Part shown: piece by piece, positions 54,609 to 64,000 of the stretch | Layout: each line of letters begins with the position of its first letter | How positions within the stretch are numbered: position 1 is the first letter of the stretch | Source of the DNA: Eledone cirrhosa | Lineage: Eukaryota | Direction of reading: 5' to 3' | Assembly: GCA_964016885.1 (NCBI GenBank) | Contig: OZ024745.1 | Span: 28,768,001 to 28,832,000, forward strand | DNA: 64,000 bases | Position numbers and translations under genes: made by a program | Notes under the pieces: model-generated | What the model saw: only the letters and a program-made list of their open reading frames with translations | The model's database searches: none | What the model was told of the DNA's origin: nothing

Positions 54609-54739
54609 GTGAGCTGGCAGCTTCCATCAGGAAAAACACCCCCATTCATTTTGGACTTTACCATTCCCTCTTTGAATGGTTCCACCCTCTCTATCTCCAG
54701 GACAAGGCCAACAACTTTACAAGTCAAAGTTTTGTCAGA
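54609..54739 (+). CDS. FUCA: Alpha-L-fucosidase exon 3
   Basis: GELAASIRK...[18 protein letters not shown] |GTAAGT, phases 1/0. Confidence 0.95.
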
Positions 54740-55135
54740 GTAAGTTCATGCCACTGTCTGTCTGTCTGTCTATTTGTCTACCTGTCTGTCTGTCTGTCTA
54801 TTTGTCTACCTGTCTATCTCTCTGCTTCTTTGTGTATCTGTGTCTGTCCCTTTGTCTTTTGGCCTGTCTGTTTGTCTCTCTCTCTCTCTCTATCTTTATC
54901 TTTAGTTTGTTTCATTCTGTATGTATAATATTGAAAACATACACACACACATACATATATATATATTTATAAATTTATATTATTGTGCCCTTAACATCCG
55001 TGTAACCCTGTTGTTGCTGTACTATAAACTCTTGTGTACTCCCAGGGTTGTCGTTACTGTGCCCTAAAAACCTGTGTACCCCTGGTGTTGTTACTGTGCC
55101 CTAAACATCTGTGTACCCCTGTTTATCTACCCCAG

Positions 55136-55269
55136 GAGAAAACCCAACCAGAGTTGTATGAGCTGGTGATGAAGTACAAACCTGATGTGATATGGTCTGA
55201 TGGTGATTGGGAAGCCCCAGACACTTACTGGAATTCTACAGATTTTCTTGCCTGGCTCTATAATGACAG
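55136..55269 (+). CDS. FUCA: Alpha-L-fucosidase exon 4, with the catalytic nucleophile Asp in IWSDG
   Basis: [11 protein letters not shown]...IWSDGDW...FLAWLYND |GTAGGT, phases 0/2. Confidence 0.95.
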
Positions 55270-55571
55270 GTAGGTAACGCTCCCTCTAAGCTGCATAGGT
55301 ATGCAGCCATACAGTTGCTCTAGTGATGCTGCACACTGACGTGCACATGAGAATGCTGTACAGTATACATCAGAATGTTGCTGCACATCCAAATGATGTC
55401 AGGATTTTGTATTTGTTCAACTTTTTATGTTCTGAGCTCAAATTCTGCTGAGGTTAACTTTACCTTTCATCCTTCTTGTCAATATAATAAAATACCTCTC
55501 CTCTCTCCCTAGCGCACCTTTTCTCTCTCTCTCCCTCCCTATAATTATCACACACTCTATCTCTCTTTCAG

Positions 55572-55669
55572 TCCAGTGAAAGATACTATTGTAGTTAATG
55601 ATCGCTGGGGAAAAGGAATTTCTTGTCACCATGGTGACTTCTACACCTGCCAAGATAGATACAACCCAG
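55572..55669 (+). CDS. FUCA: Alpha-L-fucosidase exon 5
   Basis: [14 protein letters not shown]...DRYNP |GTGAGT, phases 2/1. Confidence 0.95.
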
Positions 55670-55692
55670 GTGAGTGCAAAATAACAAACAGG

Positions 55693-55723
<31 letters not shown>

Positions 55724-56089
55724 ATATATATGTGTATATATATGTATGTATACATATGTATGTGTATGTAGGTATATATATATATATGTATGTGTATATA
55801 TATATATATATATATGTGTGTGTATATATATATGTGTGTGTATATATATATGTGTGTGTATATATATATGTATGTGTATATATATATATATATATGTGTG
55901 TATATATATATGTTTGTGTGTATATATATATATATATATATGTGTATATATATATATATATACACACATACATATATATATACATATTATATACATATTT
56001 ATGTCAGGTACATACATATATATATACATATTTATGTCAGGTCACCAGTTGGTGCTACTGGTAACATGTATCCCAGTACAACCTGTCTC

Positions 56090-56644
56090 ATGGTCGGGTC
56101 GTTGGCGACTAAACTGGCAACCCCACCAAGGTTTCTTGGTGAGGAGGGTGACTTTGGACATCCTGCAGGACTAAAAACAAAACCTGTCAAAGGGCACAGG
56201 AGCTCTTAAGAGTCAATGGCCATCCAAAATCACCGGGAGAGATGACCCCTTAGCCTTTGTCAAGGCAGAATTCTAGGAGAAGGAAAACTCTGATATAACA
56301 CCTGCAACCCTGATGGTATCCAATGATGTTGACTTGTTCTTCTTTTTGGTAAATATCATCTTGGTTAAGAGAGTGGGACTGGCTTTGTGCAGTGCCTTTG
56401 CTCACTATAAAAGCTTCACGGCACAGGCATTGCTTTATATCTGGAGATCTCTCTGCACTTGTCGTCACATGGTACCATGGGCCCAGCACTATGTGTCAGT
56501 AATTGTCACAAGTGTAGTGTTTGTACCAGAGTTTTCAAGTCGCTGGCTGGACTAAAAAGTCACACTCGTTCAGCGCATCGGTAGGGGTTCTCCTACATGG
56601 ATATAAAGTAGTGGCCGTACTCGAAAACGAGTTGGCAGCCACCA
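56090..56644 (+). mobile_element. Short non-autonomous RTE derivative (5' UTR joined to 3' end)
   Basis: The 5' end matches the start of the RTE at 33951 (minus). The 3' end matches 36148-36342. No coding core lies between. Confidence 0.65.
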
Positions 56645-57244
56645 TATGTGTATATATATGTATGTGTATATATATATATGTGTGTGTATATATATGTATG
56701 TGTATATATATATATATATATATATGTGTGTATATATATGTATGTGTATATATATATATATATGTGTGTGTATATATGTGTATATATGTATGTGTATATA
56801 TATATATATATGTGTGTGTATATATATGTATGTGTATATATATATATATATGTGTGTATATATATGTATGTGTATATATATATATATGTGTGTATATATA
56901 TGTATGTGTATATATATATATATGTGTGTATATATATGTATGTGTATATATATATATATATATGTGTATATATATATATATATATGTGTATATATATATA
57001 TATGTGTATATATATATATGTGTATATATATATATGTGTATATATATATATGTGTATATATATATGTATATATATATGTATATATATATGTGTATATATA
57101 TATGTATATATATATATATGTGTATATATATATGTATATATATATATGTGTATATATATATGTATATATATATATATGTATATATATATATGTATATATA
57201 TATGTGTATATATATATGTGTATATATATGTATGTGTATGTATA

Positions 57245-58842
57245 TAATAATAATAATAATAATAATGAAATTATTGTGTACAGTGCTCAGGTGCACTACA
57301 ACTCATCAAAGGTGCATGTATAGTACATAGAATAATGTACAAATGTCAGGAAAATGAACAGTGTATGAGTCATGATATAATAACAATAACAATAATGAAA
57401 TATTGTGTACAGTGCCCAGGTGCACCACAACTCATCAAAAAAGTGCATGTACAGTACATAGGGCAGTGCACAAACATCAGTAAAATGAACAGTGCACGAG
57501 TCATGATACACACATGTGTGCATGTGTATGGAAGGGGTACATCAGGTGTAGTTTTGGCGTATTTCAGGAAGCATGAGTGTCTTAAAGGATGCAGTGTCTC
57601 GGCAGCTAACAATTGACGCAGGCAGTTTGTTCCATGCTTCAGCAACTCTGAGCGTGAAAAAATGTCTGCGAAAGTCATGGGAGCTGTGCTGTTTTCTTAT
57701 CTTGTAGGCATGTCCACGTGTGTTAGACACATGGAGATCAAAGAGGCGCTCAGGGTTGCAGTTGGCGAGATGGTTAAAAACTTTGTGGGTATTCACCAAG
57801 TCCATTGCCAGACGTCGGAGCTTCAATGAATCCATGCCCAGGGAAGCAAGGCGTTCAGAGTATGGTAGGTGTCTGATGGAGGGTATGCGCTTGGTTGCAC
57901 GTCTCTGAACAGTTTCCAGGAGGTCAATGTTCCGAGCAAGATAGGGGTTCCAGACTGATGATGCGAATTCCAAGTGTGGTCGCACCATAGCTGTATACAG
58001 TTTTAAATAGATGGCTGGAGAGCGGCTAACAAAGGTCTTGCTGAGTGATGCCAAGACACCCTCGGCCTTCTTGACAAGCTTAGAGACATGCTTTGTCCAA
58101 CGCAAATCGTTGCTGACAGTAATGCCCAGGTCACGTTCACAAGAGGACTTTTTGATGTCAGTGTTGTGGAGGGAGTATGTGGACGCTGGATTTTTCCTTC
58201 CAAAATGCATGGTGGTACACTTGTCCACAGCCAGCTTCAGTTGCCAGTCTGTGATCCTTGCTGCATTGTGTCCAGGTCTGATTGTAGGAAAGAGTTGTAA
58301 ATTTCAGGATCAGTCCTTTTGATTTCAAGGTACAGCTTGATGTCATCTGCATATTTTAGTACAGTGGCATTCTGTAAGTTGGCATCTATGTCATTAATAT
58401 ATGCCACAAACAAAAGAGGACCAAGAACAGATCCCTGTGGTACACCAGATGACATCTCATATGGTGAAGAATGCTGTCCTAGAACCGTGACTACTTCCTT
58501 TCGGCTGAGAATGAAGGATTTCAGCCAGTCGAAAAGATCATCCCTCACACCCATTGCAGAGAGTTTTGCCATAAGTCTTTTGTGTGGCACAGAATTAAAA
58601 GCCTTAGCAAAGTCAAGGTAAACAACATCCACCCATTAGCCGCTGTCAGTGATCCGGGTGATGTCCTCAAGGAACTCGATAAGCTGATCACAGCAGCTGG
58701 AGTTAGGGATAAATCCAAACTGTGAGGGCCGGATGAGGCTGTGAGAGCTCCAGAAGTTCCAAAGTGTTTCTCTGACACAGGATTCCATCAGTTTGGCCAT
58801 ACAGCTAGTAAGACTGACTGGACGATAGTTGACAGGTGACAT
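57245..58842 (-). mobile_element. CR1-clade LINE 3' part with a duplicated 3' terminus
   Basis: Same RT motifs as 49820-51935. Two tandem 3' ends at about 57245 and 57378. Confidence 0.92.
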
Positions 58843-58871
58843 GTGATATGTGGTATGTATATATATGTATG

Positions 58872-58904
<33 letters not shown>

Positions 58905-59212
58905 ACATGTGTATGTATATGTATGTTTATATATCATCATCATCATCATCATCATCGTTTAACGTCCCTGTTCCACGTTTGCATGGGTTTGGACATGGGT
59001 TTATACATATATATGGGTTTATACATATATATATGTATATCATCATCATCATCGTTTTATGTCCATTCTTCCATGTTAGCATGAGTTAGACGGAATATAT
59101 ATAAATGCACCTTACCAAAAATATTAGTGGATTATTCCATTTTAATCATATCTATATATATAATCTGAAAACTTTCCTGATTTTATCACCTTGCAAATTT
59201 CTTCCATTACAG

Positions 59213-59345
59213 GTAAATTAATTACTCACAAATGGGAGAATGCTATGAGTATAGATAAATACTCGTGGGGTTACAGACGTCGTGCCCAATACTCTGACTA
59301 TTATTCTATTGAAGCCCTCATATCTCTCATGGCTGAGACAATCAG
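59213..59345 (+). CDS. FUCA: Alpha-L-fucosidase exon 6
   Basis: GKLITHKWENAMSIDKYSWGYRR |GTTTGT, phases 1/2. Confidence 0.95.
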
Positions 59346-59581
59346 GTTTGTTTGTCATTTCTTTTCTTATACTATATACTAATATAAAGAATGGTGCGCT
59401 CATGCCCAAAGATGCGATAAAATAGGGTAAAGACCCTGAATCTGTTGACTGATGTGTATATTTTATGCAGCTACAGTTACTGTGCCGCTTTTTTTCTCCA
59501 GTAAAATGGCCCTTTTTTTAAACAAACATTTATTAACAACACATATCTGAATGATTGACAAACATCACACAAATAACCTAG

Positions 59582-59866
59582 TAACAACTTATCCATTTGT
59601 AGGTTATTGATTTCTTTGGGGCATTGTCCCCATAAACTTGCTCCAGAGCGTCAATGATTTGGTTGCTCTGCCACCCTAGCTTCAACATGAATTTGATGTT
59701 TTGATGGAGGCCATGTTGCTCGAGTGGGTGCTGACTTTCAACTGGCGCCGCAGTGTTGCAATATGCATTTAAGTGTTCATGTTAGAACATGTTATGACAA
59801 GTTAAAATCCCTGCGTATGATTTTTTAGCTATGATTATTCCACAAACCTTTTGAAGCCCCCTTGTA
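59582..59866 (-). mobile_element. Mariner (irritans/Hsmar2-like) 5' fragment
   Basis: TA-CAAGGGGGCTTCAAAAGG terminus and NIKFMLKLGWQSNQIIDALEQVYGDNAPKKSITYKWI on the minus strand. Confidence 0.75.
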
Positions 59867-60015
59867 CTCAGGAAAGTACTGTCTGTGAAGGTCCTTGTTG
59901 AGACCTGCCAGACAGTAGAAAATACTGAATGATATTTACTGTAGAAACCAACAATTTGTAATTAGTATAACTGTTGATGTTGTTGTTACTGTTGATTATG
60001 TGACTTTATTCACAG

Positions 60016-60186
60016 CTGTGGAGGGAACTTACTCATGAATATTGGTCCCACACATGATGGGCGTATTGATCCCCTGTTTGAAGAACGGTTGCTCCAGATG
60101 GGGCAGTGGCTCAAGGTGAACGGAGAGGCCATCTATGCCAGCAAACCTTGGACCCATCAGAACGACACATACACCAAGAAAGTTTG
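60016..60186 (+). CDS. FUCA: Alpha-L-fucosidase exon 7
   Basis: [16 protein letters not shown]...[18 protein letters not shown] |GTAAGA, phases 2/2. Confidence 0.95.
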
Positions 60187-61174
60187 GTAAGAATATTTGG
60201 TTCATATCATTTCATCACTACCTATATATACATACACAGTTCAGAAAGTTCTCTAGGAATCTTTAAAAAAAACTCCCTACCGAAGTTAACAAAGAACTTA
60301 CTAGATCCACAAAACAAAATTGTAAAATTATAATATAAAATTAAATTGTTTAGGACGAGTGAAGTCATTCTTTTCCTTTTTTCAAATATACCTAACTGTA
60401 CCAAGGATTTCACACATTTTCCAATATATATATATCATCATCATCATTTAATGTCCATCTTCCACGCTAGCATGGGTTAGACGGTTTTTTTCCATTTGAT
60501 ATGGGAATGTCTCGCTTGCACGGAAGATATATATATCTATATACATATATTGTTATACTTTGGGAGGGTCATGTTGCCAATAAAAACACACACACCTGTT
60601 GGTTTTCACTTCAATTTATTATCATTAAAACACCCAAGAAATCTCTTTTGTGGTGCAAAATTGTAGGTGACCAGCTAAACCTATATATGTGTGAGTTGTA
60701 ATAACATAGGATTGAGGACCCTAGCAATAAAACACCTAAATAATTTCTTATGAGGTACAACCTCATCTAAAACCATATAAATGTGAGCTGTAACAATGTT
60801 GTAGGAGGCCAGGCTTAACCTAGATATGTGTGAGCTGTAATAACCTAGTATGATTGAAGCCTATTTCATTACAATACTCACAAAACTTCCTATAAGATAA
60901 AACCTTATAGGAGGCCTGCTTAACCTACATATATGTGGGAGCTGTCTATTTAGGACTGGGGACTCTATCATTAAAACACCTGAGAAATCTCCAGGCCAGC
61001 TAAACTTACCGTGTATACTCGAATATAAGCCAAGGAAAATGTCACCAAAAATATTGCTGGTAAAATGGAGGAGCAGGGGGTAGTCAACTTATATACGCCA
61101 TCTAAACAATATGTTGATAGGTACATACAGCAGTTGCCAGCTGTATTTAACTATTTTCATTTTTTTCTCTCTAG

Positions 61175-61430
61175 GTACACCAGTAAGATGGAGAACAACT
61201 CAACAGTTCTGTATGCAATGATGTTGTTTTGGCCCAGCAACCATATGATCAACCTAGGAGCTGTGGAACCCACATCAGCTACTGTTATCAACATGCTAGG
61301 CTATCCCGATACCTTTAGCTACAGTTATTACGCAACAACTGGACTGAAAATTGATATTCCAGACATCTCTGCTTCAGAATTACCATGTGACTGGGCATGG
61401 GTATTTAAAATTACAAACGTCTCAGAATAA
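61175..61430 (+). CDS. FUCA: Alpha-L-fucosidase exon 8 (last). Spliced CDS 1476 nt, 491 aa
   Basis: TAG| WYTSK...LYAMMLFWP...LPCDWAWVFKI* with all phases consistent. AATAAA overlaps the stop. Confidence 0.95.
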
Positions 61431-62512
61431 ACACTGTACTACCTGTTTGTCTATGAATCTATCTATCTACCAATCTGGTGGTCTAATTTTTATCTGCGTC
61501 TGTATCTGTTCATCTCTCTATTTCTGTGTCTGCCTTTCTACCTCTCTATCTGCTTGTGTATTTGTTTATCTCTGTATGTCTGTCTGCCATCTCTGTTTGT
61601 ACAAAGGTCGGCTGACTATGAAGGAGTGATACTACAGCTGTGATATCTTGCTTGCATTAATTTCAACTCTTCTTTGTTTCATATAAAACGGGTTAAACTG
61701 TCCGATTATCCAAGTGCCTATTATTGACTTGATATGAGCAGTGATGGTCAGATGTGGAGTGGGGGAAATTGTTGGTTTATTTGGAGATATTTAATTCCAT
61801 TTACTGACCAAAGATTCTTCATGATTTTAATTCAGAATTAACCACAAATTCACATACAAATACATACAGATCAATACACACATATATACAACCACATGCA
61901 AATACATTCACACACAAATTCCCATGCAAATACACATACAGATACATACACACACATGCAAATACACTCACACACAAAATTCTCATACAGATACATACAC
62001 ACTAAGATTATTTCTATTTTTATGTCCAATTCTACTTTAAAAGAATGAAAAAAAAAATTCTAAATTAATTTTTTTTATTAATTAAAAATAAATTTCTAAT
62101 TTCGAAAGTGTTTGTATTTATTTATTCATTTCTAAAAATAGTTTTTCTATTTCTAGGTGCATTTTATCACCGCACTAGCACTTTGCAGAGTGTACTGGGT
62201 GCATTTTCTTGTGGCACCACACCAACAAAAGTTATATGAAAAAAAAATGAAAAAATCTGATAATGAACAAACACATACTACAATCATTTTAAGGTCCAAT
62301 TTTCCTGCCAAATTAGGGGTTAGCTTAGCAAGCCCCATCACAAGCTTCATACTCAATGAGGTCCTTTTTGAGGCATGTTTCACCCCATGCCCTTCCTGAG
62401 TCCAAACCCCTTGCTGATCCCTTACAACACACATAGATACAATACCAGAAACACAAAAGAAAATATTTACAGAATTTATTAACTTTTCTTTTTTTCTTTT
62501 TCTATAAACAAA

Positions 62513-62990
62513 TTAATTTTTAGATGAAGCCATCTTTTGTTTCTTTACCTTCTCAACAATTTTTCTGGCTTTGTATGCCGTCACTTTGCAGGTCTGCAGT
62601 TTACTGTAATCCTGCCTTTCCATGTGGTTTCGGCCCATTTTGTTATGGAATGCATCTATAATCTTTGTCTTCTGGATTTGAAAATGGGATGTAAAGAAAA
62701 AAAAAGGGGGGGGATCTGTACAATGGTTGTTGATAAGGAGGAGGGAGGGATGGGTGGATGAATGGTCCCGTAACTCCTGATATAGTCGTAGGGATGCCGT
62801 ATTGACATACAGCATTTCTTAGGCATTTTAAGACTAAAGTTAGACAGGCTTCTTGTCGAAGCTATAGCAGTGGAAACATCTTGTGGCTTGGGTCCTCAGC
62901 CCACCTCCCTATTTATTGCGATCGGGATGGAGGAGAATAGTCATCCACAAGAACGACCCCATGAGTTGGAGTCGCTCTTTTTCACAATTC
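62513..62990 (-). pseudogene. RPF2: Decayed 3' fragment of a ribosome production factor 2 (RPF2/BXDC1)-like gene
   Basis: DAFHNKMGRNHMERQDYSKLQTCKV resembles the RPF2 C-terminal GRIHMQKQDLSKLQTRK. An upstream SLKMPKK is followed by a GTATGT donor. AATAAA on the minus strand at 62475-62480. Confidence 0.65.
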
Positions 62991-63128
62991 TGTCCTCTGG
63001 GAGACCATGAGACAACATCCATCTGAAGTTTTTCACTTTAGAGACAAAACAGAAGAAAGTAAAAATAATTGACAGACGAAGGGAAATAACTACAAGTTTT
63101 CTATCTTCTCTCTTGTTAAACTTACATA

Positions 63129-63318
63129 ATTGTTTCTACTTTTGGCACAAGGCCAGCAATTATCCCAGTGCATTACTGGTACTTTATTCTATCGACCCCG
63201 TAAGGATGAAAGGCAAAGTTAACCTCGGCGGGATTCGAACTCGGACCATAAAGGAGCGTAACTCTATGCTGCAAAGCATGGCGTCTGACCCTCTACCGAT
63301 ACTGCCAATTCACCGCCC
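63129..63318 (-). mobile_element. SINE, same family and same flanks as 16535-16722
   Basis: Reverse-complement match that includes the flanking DNA. Confidence 0.85.
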
Positions 63319-63445
63319 TATTAAACTTGCATAATGATCAATATTACACAAACATACATATTGTGTGCGAAACATTCAATATAAAATCACACACACACAA
63401 ACATAGTTCATATTGTGTGTAAGACATTTTATATATATTGTGTAG

Positions 63446-63482
<37 letters not shown>

Positions 63483-63546
63483 GTAGGAGACTATATATAT
63501 ATATACGATATTAAACAAATGGAAACTATATTTATAAAACCATATT

Positions 63547-63612
63547 TATTTCGTTATATATATTTCTGGGATATCATATTAAAAATATGGTATGCCTTCC
63601 TCAGACAAAATA
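63547..63612 (-). ncRNA. Minimal hammerhead motif, same family as 16299
   Basis: Reverse strand TATTTTGT-CTGAGGA-AGGCATACCATATT...AATATGATATCCCA-GAAA-TATATA-TA-ACGAAATA. Confidence 0.5.
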
Positions 63613-64000
63613 CAATACATAAGCTGTTTTATAAATAATTATTGACATACCTTATAATAATGCAACTTCCATTTAAAAAGTTGATTTGGTAGTGAAACTG
63701 TTATGACAGTTATATAGAAAGAAAAACGAGGATGAGAAGAAGAAGATGAAGAGATGTATGTAAATAAAAAAAAAAAATAAATAAAAATAAAAAAAAAGAA
63801 GATGAAGAGATGTATGTAAAGAAAAACAACAGAGCGAGATAGAGAGACAAGGAGATATGGGAGAGAGAAATACATTGAGGAAGTGAAAAAATATAGTAGG
63901 CAGCTTTTGGACAGATGATCATCGTATATGTGAGAGGTTAAGGAGGGAAGGGATACAGTTAAACTAGCCGACACATAAATCACGCCCAGTGTATAGGAGA

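Noticed and set aside
53725-54612. 295-aa poly-His/Tyr ORF fused to fucosidase sequence
   Set aside because: A canonical GTGAGT donor at 53954 and CAG acceptor at 54608 splice the repeat out in phase.
60640-61005. Diverged tandem repeats in fucosidase intron 7 that resemble 53660-53735
   Set aside because: Unit boundaries are unclear and there is no evidence of function. Probably an old dispersed repeat.
61007-61125. Tigger/pogo-like MITE end (TACCGTGTATACTCGAATATAAGCC)
   Set aside because: The second TIR is too degraded to delimit an element.

Overview
Repeat-rich animal genomic DNA. The SINE/LINE repertoire and the microsatellite load look like a coleoid cephalopod, probably an octopod (inference). 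Genes: (i) two tandem FAR-17a/AIG1/ADTRP-family membrane hydrolase genes with intron-free coding regions on the minus strand, one intact (7566-8210) and one with a single 1-nt frameshift (15017-15663); (ii) a complete 8-exon GH29 alpha-L-fucosidase on the plus strand (37614-61430, 491 aa, 15.8-kb first intron); (iii) a decayed 3' fragment of an RPF2/BXDC1-like gene on the minus strand near the right end. The rest is RTE, CR1, L1/Tx1 and CRE-like LINE pieces, tRNA-derived SINEs, a non-autonomous Helitron, hAT and mariner remnants, two tRNA-Leu pseudogenes, satellites and many inverted repeats. Most notable: an RTE fragment (about 47480-48330) carrying a dense, strand-specific A-to-G load that looks like an ADAR hyper-edited RNA written into DNA; several type I hammerhead ribozyme motifs of the Penelope-like kind; a near-intact RTE LINE with a PHD-like finger inside its RT; and AIG1-FUCA linkage resembling human 6q24. 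All alignments were done by eye, with no database searches.
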